Shown: positions 27,214 through 36,717, numbered from the stretch's first letter. The stretch: 64,000 nt of DNA from an uncultured Candidatus Saccharibacteria bacterium (GCA_964566135.1 CAZMHM010000001.1:5829-69828); one strand, 5' to 3'. Notes: generated by a model not told the origin, from the sequence alone. Numbers and translations are program-made.

Positions 27214-27696
27214 ATGAAATATCACGAACTCGACGTAACTAAGCAAAAGCTACCAAAGCGAGTTGGTCGTGGTATCGCAGCCGGTCAGGGTAAAACCGCT
27301 GGTCGTGGTACTAAGGGTCAAAACTCACGTACTGGTCACAGTCACCGTGCAGGTTTCGAAGGTGGTCAGACGCCAATTATGCAGCGCATGCCAAAGCTTC
27401 GCGGCTTTCGTAGCATTCACGCTAAGGCAGAAAACGTATACACTGGCCAACTTAACGATTTTGCCGGTAAAACTGCCGACAACTTCACACTTTTCGAAGC
27501 TGGTTTAATTAGTAGCCCATACACCATCACTAAGATTGTTGTTAAGGGTGAACTAACCGCTAAGGTAAGTGTAGCCGTACAGGGCGCAAGCGAAGGTGCA
27601 AAAGCAGCTATTCAAAAAGCTGGTGGCACATTTACGCAAACACCCCAGGTTGCACGTGAAGCAAAAGAAGTCAAAGAACCTAAAGCAACTAAATAA
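27214..27696 (+). CDS. rplO: 50S ribosomal protein L15
   Basis: VGRGIAAGQGKTAGRGTKGQ signature. It starts 2 nt after rpsE, which leaves no room for an L30 gene. Confidence 0.95.
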   Translation: MKYHELDVTKQKLPKRVGRGIAAGQGKTAGRGTKGQNSRTGHSHRAGFEGGQTPIMQRMPKLRGFRSIHAKAENVYTGQLNDFAGKTADNFTLFEAGLISSPYTITKIVVKGELTAKVSVAVQGASEGAKAAIQKAGGTFTQTPQVAREAKEVKEPKATK

Positions 27697-27713
27697 TTTA
27701 TAGCTTTAGTCGT

Positions 27714-27743
27714 AAAAAGAGGTCACGCAAGTGGCCTCTTTTT
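27714..27743 (+). terminator. Intrinsic terminator after rplO
   Basis: AGAGGTCAC-gcaa-GTGGCCTCT stem (27718-27739) flanked by an A-run and a T-run. Confidence 0.7.
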
Positions 27744-27757
27744 GGTATGATACCACT

Positions 27758-28354
27758 ATGCAAACAGAGATTGAGGCGAAGTTTATCAATGTTGACGTGG
27801 ACGCTATCCGTCAAAAACTAAAAGATGCTGGTGCAAAACTTATAGAACCCGAGCGTTTAATGAAACGCCATGTGTTTGATTTCCCAGATCACCGGCTCGA
27901 GGCCATAGGTGGCTGGGTACGTGTTCGCGACGAAGGTAACAAAATTACCATGAGCTACAAGCAGCTTAATGATCGCACCTTACATGGCACCAAAGAGGTT
28001 ACGCTAAAAATTGACGATTACGAGCAAGCAAAACTATTTTTAGATTCGTTGGGTCTGGTTATTGATTCGTATCAAGAAACCAAACGCGAAAGCTGGAAAT
28101 TAGGTGATGTTGATGTCGAAATCGACACGTGGCCGTGGATTCCGAGCTTCGTTGAGCTAGAAGCACCAGACGAGGCGACTATCAAAGCTGCAGCCGAAAC
28201 GCTTGGTTTTGATTGGAACAATGCTATGCACGGTAGCGTCGAAACAGCCTACCAAGATGTCTACGATGTAACCGAAGAAGAAATAGATAATTGGGAACTC
28301 ATTACCTTTACACCTGTTCCAGACTGGTTAGAACCAAAGCGCAAAACCAAGTAA
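27758..28354 (+). CDS. CYTH-domain protein (CyaB/ThTPase-like triphosphate tunnel metalloenzyme)
   Basis: MQTEIEAKF N-terminal ExExK signature, plus VRVRDEG and later acidic motifs. The ORF-track start at 27731 lies inside the terminator hairpin, so the ATG at 27758 is preferred. Confidence 0.7.
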   Translation: MQTEIEAKFINVDVDAIRQKLKDAGAKLIEPERLMKRHVFDFPDHRLEAIGGWVRVRDEGNKITMSYKQLNDRTLHGTKEVTLKIDDYEQAKLFLDSLGLVIDSYQETKRESWKLGDVDVEIDTWPWIPSFVELEAPDEATIKAAAETLGFDWNNAMHGSVETAYQDVYDVTEEEIDNWELITFTPVPDWLEPKRKTK

Positions 28355-28448
28355 TATTTACCATGATTTGACACGTTTTCAAGGGTCATTATGGTACAAT
28401 ATCCGTAAGTTTACATTTCAGAAAGACTAAGAGGGGTTATAAAAATTC

Positions 28449-29930
28449 ATGAACTGGCGGATTATCCTACGCTCACTAAAAAGTGCTGATATGCGTAAGC
28501 GCATTTTTGCGGTTATTGGCATGCTTATCGTATTTCGATTCTTGGCACATATTCCTATTCCATTAGCAGAACCAAGCACGTTGCGACAGGTGTTAGACAA
28601 CATCTTTAACCAAGCTGGTTCATCACAACTTCTGGGCTTTCTAAACGTCCTTAGCGGTGGTGCATTAGCTAACTTCAGTATCATGTTGGTTGGTCTTGGG
28701 CCATACATTAACGCCAGCATCATCATGCAACTTCTTACCAAAGCTATTCCTAAGTTAGAAGCGTTAAACAAAGAGGGCGAATACGGCCGCAAAAAGATTC
28801 AACAGTGGACACGTATGATTACGTTCCCGCTGGCAATCGTACAGTCTATCGGTACTATCTTCTTGGTACGCCAATCAGCCGCTAGCTTTGGTGGTTTGGG
28901 TGACCTTGTTACAAATGCAAACCTCAGCCAGTGGACGCTCATGGTTGCCGCCCTAACTGGTGGTGCAATGCTCCTTATGTGGCTTGGTGAGCTTATTACC
29001 GAACAAGGTATTGGTAACGGTATCTCGTTAGTTATTACTGTTGGTATCGTGGCTTCACTACCTAGCATTATTGGTAACCTTATTTCATCTGTTATTGCAA
29101 AGGGTTCATCATTTAAGATTTTTGGTCATTTTGATTTCCCAATCAACTCGCAGGCACTTTGGCTCACTCTGGGAATATTAGCGGCAACATTAACAGTTAC
29201 CGTGTTCGTGGTGTACCTCAACGAGGCCCAGAGACGCATTACCATTAGCTACGCCAAGCGTTTGCAGGGTAATCGTGTCTATGGCGGTGTAACCACAACA
29301 TTGCCCGTACGGCTCATTACAGCAGGTGTAGTGCCTATTATCTTTGCATTGGCGTTCTTGTCGCTGCCAGCCTTTATTGGTCAGCTATTAAGCCAAAGCG
29401 CGTCAGGTAGCTGGCAGACGTTCGGGCAGAACTTAGTAACTTGGTTCCAAAACCCAACTCCTCAAACCTTAGCAGCAGGTGGATGGCAAGCTTGGTTGTA
29501 TCCGACACTCTACTTCTTGCTCGTGTTTATGTTTACGTTCTTCTATACCAGCGTGGTATTTAACTCTAAAGAAATCGCCGAAAACTTGCAAAAGCAAGGT
29601 GGATTCATTGACGGTGTGCGCCCAGGTTTGCAAACCGAAAAGTACTTAACGAAGGTTGTTAACCGCCTTACGCTATTTGGTGCTTTAGCACTTGGTTTAC
29701 TTGCCGTTCTGCCTATCATTGCCCAGGCCTTACTAAAGACTAACCAAATTGCTATTGGTGGTACCAGCGTGCTTATCTTGGTATCTGTTGCGCTAGAGAC
29801 ATTGCGCCAGCTAGAATCACGCGCACTAATGATTACCTACGACGATTACACTATCAATATCGATAGCGACAAAAAGAAGAAAACCAAGCGCCGCTTTAGC
29901 TTGCGCAAGCCTAAATCTGCGACCGCTTAA
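28449..29930 (+). CDS. secY: Preprotein translocase subunit SecY
   Basis: 10-TM protein with GALANFSIMLVGLGPYINASIIMQLL and GGFIDGVRPG signatures. Confidence 0.96.
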   Translation: MNWRIILRSLKSADMRKRIFAVIGMLIVFRFLAHIPIPLAEPSTLRQVLDNIFNQAGSSQLLGFLNVLSGGALANFSIMLVGLGPYINASIIMQLLTKAIPKLEALNKEGEYGRKKIQQWTRMITFPLAIVQSIGTIFLVRQSAASFGGLGDLVTNANLSQWTLMVAALTGGAMLLMWLGELITEQGIGNGISLVITVGIVASLPSIIGNLISSVIAKGSSFKIFGHFDFPINSQALWLTLGILAATLTVTVFVVYLNEAQRRITISYAKRLQGNRVYGGVTTTLPVRLITAGVVPIIFALAFLSLPAFIGQLLSQSASGSWQTFGQNLVTWFQNPTPQTLAAGGWQAWLYPTLYFLLVFMFTFFYTSVVFNSKEIAENLQKQGGFIDGVRPGLQTEKYLTKVVNRLTLFGALALGLLAVLPIIAQALLKTNQIAIGGTSVLILVSVALETLRQLESRALMITYDDYTINIDSDKKKKTKRRFSLRKPKSATA

Positions 29931-30007
29931 GTTGAATATAATAAACAGAGATAAAATACTTTACAAACACCGGTAGAGTGTAGTATTATAGACTACTGTT
30001 GTAACTT

Positions 30008-30229
30008 ATGGCTAAAAACAAGGAAGTAATCGAGCTTAACGGCACAATTCTGGAAACCCTCCCGGGTACGCAGTTTGTAGTTGAACTCGAAAATGGCCAC
30101 AAGATTATAGCTCATGTTGCCGGCAAAATGCGCAAGCACTATATACGCATAGTCCCCGGTGATAGCGTGACGGTTGAATTGACACCTTACGATCTTACGA
30201 AGGGTCGCATAACCTACCGCAAAAGCTAG
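30008..30229 (+). CDS. infA: Translation initiation factor IF-1
   Basis: [46 protein letters not shown]. Confidence 0.96.
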   Translation: MAKNKEVIELNGTILETLPGTQFVVELENGHKIIAHVAGKMRKHYIRIVPGDSVTVELTPYDLTKGRITYRKS

Positions 30230-30343
30230 TTTTCTAGCAAAAGGGTACAAGTTCTTTTGTATAAGAGAGCCGCTACCTATTTATTAGGGAACGAATATTA
30301 ATTAAGCAGTGTGTCACCACAGCATTAAGGAGTGATGATCCGC

Positions 30344-30460
30344 ATGAAAGTGCGTGCTAGCGTTAAAAAAATCAGTCCTGATGACATCTTGGTTCGCCGT
30401 AAGGGCCGCCTGTATGTCATCAACAAGCTCAAGCCAAAGCACAAGCAGAGGCAGGGTTAA
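30344..30460 (+). CDS. rpmJ: 50S ribosomal protein L36 (Cys-free form)
   Basis: 38 aa, [38 protein letters not shown], with a TAAGGAG ribosome-binding site upstream. It falls below the ORF-track length cutoff. Confidence 0.9.
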   Translation: MKVRASVKKISPDDILVRRKGRLYVINKLKPKHKQRQG

Positions 30461-30463
30461 GTT

Positions 30464-30850
30464 ATGGCACGAATCAGTGGTGTAACCATCCCAAGTGAGA
30501 AACAAGTCTGGATAGCCCTGACTTATGTTCACGGTATCGGCGTAAAATCTGCGTACGATATTTTGGCTGTTGCCAAAGTCGAACCAACGACCCGTGTAAA
30601 GAATCTTACCGACGCTGAAGTTGGTCGTATCCAAGATACAATCAACGCCAGCTACGAGGTCGAAGGTGAGCTTCAGCGAAAAGTAGTCGCTAATATTAAG
30701 CGTCTTAAAGAGATTAAGGCCTATCGCGGTATCCGCCACAGCCAAAATCTTCCAAGTCGTGGCCAACGTACTAAAACCAATGCTCGAACCCGTCGTGGTA
30801 AGAAGACAACGGTTGGCGGTACAGCCAAAAAAGTAGCGGCAAAGACGTAA
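30464..30850 (+). CDS. rpsM: 30S ribosomal protein S13
   Basis: MARISGVTIP...YRGIRHSQNLPSRGQRTKTNART. Confidence 0.97.
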   Translation: MARISGVTIPSEKQVWIALTYVHGIGVKSAYDILAVAKVEPTTRVKNLTDAEVGRIQDTINASYEVEGELQRKVVANIKRLKEIKAYRGIRHSQNLPSRGQRTKTNARTRRGKKTTVGGTAKKVAAKT

Positions 30851-30866
30851 GGTTTAAGGATTATAT

Positions 30867-31262
30867 ATGGCTGAATCAACTACTGCTGTCAAGAAAAAGA
30901 AGAGTAAGCGAAATGTACCCGTTGGTCAGGTGCACATCTTGGCAACATTTAACAACACCATCATTTCGGTGACTGACCAACAAGGCGGACTTTTGACTGC
31001 TGCAAGTGCAGGCGGTTGTGGTTTTCGTGGTAGCAAAAAGGGTACTGCATACGCAGCCCAAATCGCTGCCGAAAAAGCTATTAACGCTGCTAAGCAACTA
31101 CATGGTATCGCTAAAGCTGACGTTTACGTTAAAGGTATCGGCCTTGGCCGTGAAGCTGCGGTTCGCGCCGTATCTGCCGCTGACGTAGCTGTCGAATCTA
31201 TCAAAGACGTGACGGGTGTGCCACATGGTGGCTGCCGTCCTAAGAAAGCACGACGGGTATAA
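30867..31262 (+). CDS. rpsK: 30S ribosomal protein S11
   Basis: GQVHILATFNNTIISVTD...GCRPKKARR. Confidence 0.97.
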   Translation: MAESTTAVKKKKSKRNVPVGQVHILATFNNTIISVTDQQGGLLTAASAGGCGFRGSKKGTAYAAQIAAEKAINAAKQLHGIAKADVYVKGIGLGREAAVRAVSAADVAVESIKDVTGVPHGGCRPKKARRV

Positions 31263-31264
31263 TC

Positions 31265-31885
31265 ATGGCACGTGATACACAATCAATCACCAAGATGAGT
31301 CGTCGTGAAGGCTATGCACTTCACCCTAAAGCAGCTAAATACATGGTTAAGCGTGGCGCAACGCTCCCCGGCCAACAAGGTCGCCCAGGGCGCCGTGGCA
31401 CAACCAGCCAGTATTCATTGCAACTTCGCGAGAAGCAAAAGGTAAAGCGCTTGTACGGCCTACTAGAGCGACAATTCTCTAACCTCATGACCGAGGCAAA
31501 CCGTAAGCAAGGTCAATCGGGAGCTGTATTACTACAACTTCTCGAAAAGCGAGCTGATAACGTAGTATACCGCGCTGGTTTTGCAACGAGCCGCCGTGCT
31601 GCACGTCAGTTAGTCACACATGGTCACTTTTTACTAAATGGCCGCCGTGTCGACATTCCTTCTATCCGTCTAAGTGCTGGTGACGTACTAACCGTACGCC
31701 CACGCTCTACAGAAACTGAATATTTCAAGAAACTTGATGATATTACCGGTAACATCGACGTAACGGTTAGCTGGCTCAAGGCAAACCGGAAGAAGTTTGA
31801 GATTACCGTAACTGGCGAACCTTCACGTGATGAAGCAGAACCAGAAATTAATGAGCAACTAATCGTTGAGTATTACTCACGCTAA
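31265..31885 (+). CDS. rpsD: 30S ribosomal protein S4
   Basis: YSLQLREKQKVKRLYG...RADNVVYRAGFATSRRAARQLVTHGHF. Confidence 0.96.
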   Translation: MARDTQSITKMSRREGYALHPKAAKYMVKRGATLPGQQGRPGRRGTTSQYSLQLREKQKVKRLYGLLERQFSNLMTEANRKQGQSGAVLLQLLEKRADNVVYRAGFATSRRAARQLVTHGHFLLNGRRVDIPSIRLSAGDVLTVRPRSTETEYFKKLDDITGNIDVTVSWLKANRKKFEITVTGEPSRDEAEPEINEQLIVEYYSR

Positions 31886-31903
31886 GAGGAGAAGGCACAA
31901 GAT

Positions 31904-32845
31904 ATGTCAAAAGTAATTCACACCCCATCACTAGCAAATATTGATGAGCACCACGATACAAGTGCAACCTTTGTTATCGAACCTCTCCACACTGGCTATG
32001 GTATGACTCTAGGCAACAGCCTACGCCGCGTATTGCTATCAAGCATCGCCGGTGCAGCTATTACCGCTTTCAAGATTGAAGGTGTTAGCCACGAGTTCAC
32101 TACCGTACCTGGCGTGAAAGAAGATGTCGTTGATATCATGCTCAACCTAAAGCGTCTCCGTTTCCGCGTATTCAGCGACGAGCCACAAAACATTCGCCTC
32201 GAATTCAAGGGCAAGGGTATTGTGACCGGCAAAGATATCAAGGTTAACGCAGATGTAGAAGTTGTAAATGGTGACCAAGTTATCGCAACTGTAGACGATG
32301 CAAAAGCAAGCCTCATTATCGACCTTATCGTCGAAACTGGCCGTGGCTACCGCACTGTCGAAGAAGGCGCAGCTAAAAAACCAAGTGACATGATTGCATT
32401 AGATGCAATCTTCAGCCCAGTACTTCGTGTACGTTACAAGGTTGAAAACACTCGTGTTGGTCAAATCACTGATTTAGACAAGCTCAACATCACCATTGAT
32501 ACCGATGGTACTATCACACCTAAAGAAGCGTTCGAAGAAGCAGCTGCTATCTTGGTTAACCAATACACAGCTCTTGCTGGCGCTACTCGTGTAGAAGCAG
32601 CACCTGCAAGCAAAACCGTTGCTCCTAGCTTTTCTAGCGACGACAACGAAGATCCTGCAGAACTACTAGTATCTATCGAAGATTTGAACCTAAGTGCTCG
32701 TACTACCAACGCGCTTATCAACAATGACATTCATACGTTGAAAGATTTGTTTAGCCTAAGCGACGCTGAACTTCGTGATCTTAAAGGTTTCGGCCAAAAA
32801 GCTCTCGACGAAGTAAAAGACAAGCTCGCGGAGTTGGAGTTATAA
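31904..32845 (+). CDS. rpoA: DNA-directed RNA polymerase alpha subunit
   Basis: FVIEPLHTGYGMTLGNSLRRVLLSS N-terminal domain, and a C-terminal domain with LNLSARTTNALINNDIHTLKDL. Confidence 0.96.
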   Translation: MSKVIHTPSLANIDEHHDTSATFVIEPLHTGYGMTLGNSLRRVLLSSIAGAAITAFKIEGVSHEFTTVPGVKEDVVDIMLNLKRLRFRVFSDEPQNIRLEFKGKGIVTGKDIKVNADVEVVNGDQVIATVDDAKASLIIDLIVETGRGYRTVEEGAAKKPSDMIALDAIFSPVLRVRYKVENTRVGQITDLDKLNITIDTDGTITPKEAFEEAAAILVNQYTALAGATRVEAAPASKTVAPSFSSDDNEDPAELLVSIEDLNLSARTTNALINNDIHTLKDLFSLSDAELRDLKGFGQKALDEVKDKLAELEL

Positions 32846-32846
32846 G

Positions 32847-33344
32847 ATGCACCGTCACGGATATAAAGGACGTAAGTTTAGTCGTGAGCGCGACCAACGT
32901 CGAGCCCTTATAAAGGGTTTGGCAAGCAACTTGGCTGTGTACGAGTCTATCGAGACAACCGTACCAAAGGCTAAGGAGCTCGTTCCTTACTTTGAAAAGC
33001 TCATCACCAAGGCAAAGAAGGGTGATTTGCACAATCGCCGCCAAGTTATCTCTAAGATGGCTAACGTCGAAAGTGCACACAAATTAGTAGATGAAATCGC
33101 ACCACAATTAACTGGTCGTGATAGTGGCCACTTGCGCATCGAGCGAACCAAAACTCGCCGCGGTGACAACGTGCAACTAGCTCGTGTTAGTTTTGTGGAC
33201 GATCTCAAAGCAGCTCCAGCTGTTAAGCCGGTTGTAAAAGCCGCAGAAGCTAAGCCAGTAAAAGCAGTAGCACCTAAAAAGGCAGCCGCTCCAGCTAAAA
33301 AAGCACCTGCAAAGAAGCCTGCAACCAAAAAGGAGGCTAAATAA
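32847..33344 (+). CDS. rplQ: 50S ribosomal protein L17 with a Lys/Ala/Pro-rich C-terminal tail
   Basis: HRHGYKGRKFSRERDQRRAL core, followed by the tail KAAPAVKPVVKAAEAKPVKAVAPKKAAAPAKKAPAKKPATKKEAK. Confidence 0.95.
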   Translation: MHRHGYKGRKFSRERDQRRALIKGLASNLAVYESIETTVPKAKELVPYFEKLITKAKKGDLHNRRQVISKMANVESAHKLVDEIAPQLTGRDSGHLRIERTKTRRGDNVQLARVSFVDDLKAAPAVKPVVKAAEAKPVKAVAPKKAAAPAKKAPAKKPATKKEAK

Positions 33345-33775
33345 TGAAAACCTATAGCGCAAAGCCATCAGAAGTGACTCGTGCTTGGTACGTTATTGAC
33401 GCCGCTGAAGCACCACTAGGGCGTGTTAGCACCAAAATTGCTACACTTCTAACCGGTAAGGGCAAGCCTATGTTTACCCAACACATCGATTGTGGTGACT
33501 TTGTAGTCGTAATCAACTCAGATAGCCTTGTAGCTACTGGTAACAAGCTAAACGATAAAATGTATTATCGCCACAGCCAATACCCTGGTAGCCTTAAAGA
33601 AACTAACTTGGGTGATATGATTGCAAAAGATTCAACCGAAGTTATCCGCCTAGCTGTTAAGGGTATGTTACCTAAAAACAAGCTTATGGACGAACGCCTA
33701 AAGCGATTGAAGATTTACAAGGGTACCGAGCACAAGAATGAAGCTCAGAAACCTCAGAAAGTGAGTGTTAAGTAA
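33344..33775 (+). CDS. rplM: 50S ribosomal protein L13
   Basis: WYVIDAAEAPLGRVSTKIATLLTGKGKPMFT. Confidence 0.96.
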   Translation: MKTYSAKPSEVTRAWYVIDAAEAPLGRVSTKIATLLTGKGKPMFTQHIDCGDFVVVINSDSLVATGNKLNDKMYYRHSQYPGSLKETNLGDMIAKDSTEVIRLAVKGMLPKNKLMDERLKRLKIYKGTEHKNEAQKPQKVSVK

Positions 33776-34176
33776 TGGCAACCAAGACTGAATACACCTA
33801 CGCACTAGGTCGCCGTAAAAGCGCAACTGCTCGTGTACGTTTGTACAAGGGCAAGGGCAACATTACCGTAAATGGTAAGACCGCTAGCGAATATTTTGAC
33901 GGCAGTCCACAGTTGCTTCGTGAAATCAACAAGCCATTTGTTTTGCTCGAAAAAGAAGGTCAGTACGACATCACTGTTGTTGTCGAAGGCGGCGGCACAC
34001 GCGGCCAAGCTGATGCTATCCGTTTGGGTATCTCAAAGACCTTAGTTGTATTAAACGAAGATTACAAGTCTACACTTAAGCGTGCAGACCTCTTAAGCCG
34101 CGATCCACGCGAACGCGAGCGCAAGAAGTTTGGTCTTAAGGGTGCTCGTAAGCAACGCCAGTTTACCAAGCGTTAG
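33775..34176 (+). CDS. rpsI: 30S ribosomal protein S9
   Basis: GRRKSATARVRL...GGGTRGQADAIRLGISK...C-terminal KQRQFTKR. Confidence 0.96.
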   Translation: MATKTEYTYALGRRKSATARVRLYKGKGNITVNGKTASEYFDGSPQLLREINKPFVLLEKEGQYDITVVVEGGGTRGQADAIRLGISKTLVVLNEDYKSTLKRADLLSRDPRERERKKFGLKGARKQRQFTKR

Positions 34177-34194
34177 TATTTATACTACGACTTC

Positions 34195-34228
34195 AAAAAA
34201 AGTCCCGGCTTATTGCTGGGACTTTTTA
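34195..34228 (+). terminator. Intrinsic terminator after rpsI
   Basis: AGTCCCGGC-ttatt-GCTGGGACT (34201-34223) with an A-run before it and a T-run after. Confidence 0.75.
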
Positions 34229-34309
34229 TAATTTATTTTTACAAAGAAATAAACCAAGTAGCCATGATATTTAACATTGAATTGAGCTTTTCCATATATA
34301 ATTAACTAA

Positions 34310-35686
34310 ATGCTAAAGAAGATGACAATTCAGCAATTCAGGGGTTTTTACTCAAAGCAAACATTTAATTTTGCAATTCCTGATGGCAATAAAGGCAGTG
34401 GCTTGACAGTAGTTGTTGGGCCAAATAATTCAGGAAAAACGACTTTTATTGAAGCGCTGACTTTCCACCATAATAGCGGAAACTCAAAACGCTTTAATGA
34501 CTCAGAGCGCCATGGGAAACGGGATCCAATAATAACATACACAACTGACAGTGGTACTGAAAGGATAACGAATGTTAACAAAGGCTCTCAAATAACTGAC
34601 AATGGTTTTCGGTTAAATGAGTTAAAAATTGAAATTGCTCCGTCAAGAAGATGGTGGCAGGCGCAATACAGCGGAACAATGGATGACGTAACATACGCAA
34701 ATCAATCAGCAATATCAAGTATTCGGAACTCTGGCGACCTAGGTACGGCAAAAAAAATCGCTAACATGTATGTTGATCAGTTACATAGAGACAAGCTTTC
34801 TGCATTTATTAAAAGTTTGGTTCAACATTTTTATTTTTGGACCGTCGGAACAAGAGAGCCCGCTGGTGACTATCTGAAATATGTCACTGGAAACAATGTT
34901 GAGCACGCTGTCGATATGCTTGGGGACGGAATCATTTCTTTATTTCGAATCGCAGCCCAGCTAACAAGCAAATCCACCCAAGATTATATTCTCGTTATTG
35001 ATGAGCCTGAACTTTCCTTACACCCCACAGCTCAAAAAGCGCTTTATGATGTTCTCGCTGACGAAGCCCGCCAAAAGCAAATAGTAATTGTGACTCATTC
35101 TCCATATTTCATTAGCTGGGAGAGTATATCTAACGGAGCAAAAATAATTCGGTTAAATAAACATGACGATAAACAATGTGTTGTAAGCGAAATAAAACCT
35201 GGTGTTAATTACAGTAGTTTATTGGATGGGATAATCAAAGATTGGCAACGCCCGGAGTTTCTCGATACAGTCTCTAAAGAAATCATGTTTGCGAATAATA
35301 TTTTGTTCGTCGAAGGTAAAGAAGATGTAGGTCTTATAAGGAAGTGGCTCAAAGATAACGAAATTAACACAAAATATGAAATATTTGGCTATGGTATTGG
35401 CGGCGAAACAAATATGCCATTCTTTCTCAATTTTGCAAAAGATTTGGGCATCAGAAAAGTCGCTTCTCTTTTCGACAAGAATGCGACTAAATATCAGCAA
35501 TGCCTTAAAGACTACCCACAATATTTAGTTACGCAATTGCCCACTGACGATATACGAGATAAATATAAATCTGACGGTACAATAAAGCATATTGGAGTAT
35601 TCGATAGTTCGGGCGAGCTAAAAGACGAATACAGCGATACTTTCACGGAAATAATGGATAATATCGGTAAATACTTCGAAATCTAA
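34310..35686 (+). CDS. OLD-family-like ATPase with a C-terminal TOPRIM-like domain (single-gene, class-1-like architecture)
   Basis: Walker A GPNNSGKTT, Walker B ILVIDEPELSLHP and VTHSPYFIS. The C-terminus has ILFVEGKEDVGLI, GYGIGG and LPTDDIRD (Glu plus DxD as in TOPRIM). The gene is AT-rich (34321-34380: 20 G+C of 60 by hand count). Confidence 0.6.
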   Translation: MLKKMTIQQFRGFYSKQTFNFAIPDGNKGSGLTVVVGPNNSGKTTFIEALTFHHNSGNSKRFNDSERHGKRDPIITYTTDSGTERITNVNKGSQITDNGFRLNELKIEIAPSRRWWQAQYSGTMDDVTYANQSAISSIRNSGDLGTAKKIANMYVDQLHRDKLSAFIKSLVQHFYFWTVGTREPAGDYLKYVTGNNVEHAVDMLGDGIISLFRIAAQLTSKSTQDYILVIDEPELSLHPTAQKALYDVLADEARQKQIVIVTHSPYFISWESISNGAKIIRLNKHDDKQCVVSEIKPGVNYSSLLDGIIKDWQRPEFLDTVSKEIMFANNILFVEGKEDVGLIRKWLKDNEINTKYEIFGYGIGGETNMPFFLNFAKDLGIRKVASLFDKNATKYQQCLKDYPQYLVTQLPTDDIRDKYKSDGTIKHIGVFDSSGELKDEYSDTFTEIMDNIGKYFEI

Positions 35687-35697
35687 ATAATCCGGGT

Positions 35698-36660
35698 ATG
35701 GATACACGCTTACAACCACTATTAGAACGAACAGCTGAGGCATGGCAGGTAACTGCTGATGAAGCCTTAGGCTTGTTAAGTTTGCGGCACCCAAAAGCGG
35801 TGCGTATAAACACACTTAAGGCGAAAAAAACCACGCTAAAAGATATTAAAGCGCTGGGCGTAGAGCTTTCGCCTATTAGTTGGTGCAAAGATGCCTATAT
35901 CGTTACCAAAGGGTATTCAGAGCTCAGCAAAAGCAATTTATTTACCAGTGGCGCATTTATACTGCAAGATCCCGCCAGTTTTGTGCCAGTACTAGCATTA
36001 GACCCAAAAAGTGGCGAATACGTACTAGATATTTGTGCTGCGCCGGGCGGCAAAACTACCCATATTGCAGCACTTAGCAAAAACAAAGCACATATTGTGG
36101 CTAACGATACATCGCGCATCCGCTTTTTTAAGATGCGCAATATATTTGAAACCTATGGTGTGCAAGCCGATACAACCCTGTACGACGGGCGCTTTTTGCG
36201 CAAACACCTGAGGACACAGCAATACGATAAAATCCTGCTAGACGCGCCCTGTAGCGGCGAGACGGCCATAAACCCAGCCAATCCCAAGAGCTACGAGCAG
36301 TGGAGCCCGGCTAAAATCAAGCGCCTTAGCCGCCTGCAAGAACAACTTATTATGATTGCCTACGATTTACTTAAGCCTGGCGGCACATTGGTGTATAGCA
36401 CCTGTACCATCGCGCCCGAGGAAAACGAGCTGGTAATTGATTACCTACTAAAGCGCCGCAGTGCCCAAGTGCAACAAATAGACATCCCCGTAGAGGGCGC
36501 AAAACCTGGCTTAACCAGCTGGCACGGCAAAGTCCTAAACCCCCAAATTGCAAAAACCTACCGAATTTTGCCAACAGATACGCACGAGGCGTTTTTTACC
36601 GCTAAAATCACCAAACCCCTTACCGAGGTCGCCAACGACGAAGACGTCTATTACGCCTAG
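35698..36660 (+). CDS. RsmB/RsmF-family (NOL1/NOP2/Sun) rRNA cytosine-C5 methyltransferase
   Basis: DICAAPGGKT, ILLDAPCSGE and VYSTCTIAPEENE motifs. Confidence 0.8.
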   Translation: MDTRLQPLLERTAEAWQVTADEALGLLSLRHPKAVRINTLKAKKTTLKDIKALGVELSPISWCKDAYIVTKGYSELSKSNLFTSGAFILQDPASFVPVLALDPKSGEYVLDICAAPGGKTTHIAALSKNKAHIVANDTSRIRFFKMRNIFETYGVQADTTLYDGRFLRKHLRTQQYDKILLDAPCSGETAINPANPKSYEQWSPAKIKRLSRLQEQLIMIAYDLLKPGGTLVYSTCTIAPEENELVIDYLLKRRSAQVQQIDIPVEGAKPGLTSWHGKVLNPQIAKTYRILPTDTHEAFFTAKITKPLTEVANDEDVYYA

Positions 36661-36683
36661 TATTATTTATATTCCGCACATGC

Positions 36684-36711
36684 TTGCATTATTTCTTGTA
36701 CAAGATAGAAT
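36684..36711 (+). promoter_or_regulatory. Sigma70-like promoter, TTGCAT-16 nt-TAGAAT
   Basis: TTGCAT at 36684-36689 and TAGAAT at 36706-36711, directly upstream of the GC-rich unit. Confidence 0.4.
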
Positions 36712-36717
36712 TGACTC

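Noticed and set aside
19387-33546. Many antisense or out-of-frame ORFs within the r-protein operon (for example 20643-20909 -, 24013-24447 -, 25173-25586 -, 26129-26497 -, 30314-30766 -)
   Set aside because: They overlap strongly conserved r-protein genes and have low-complexity or improbable translations, so they are spurious.
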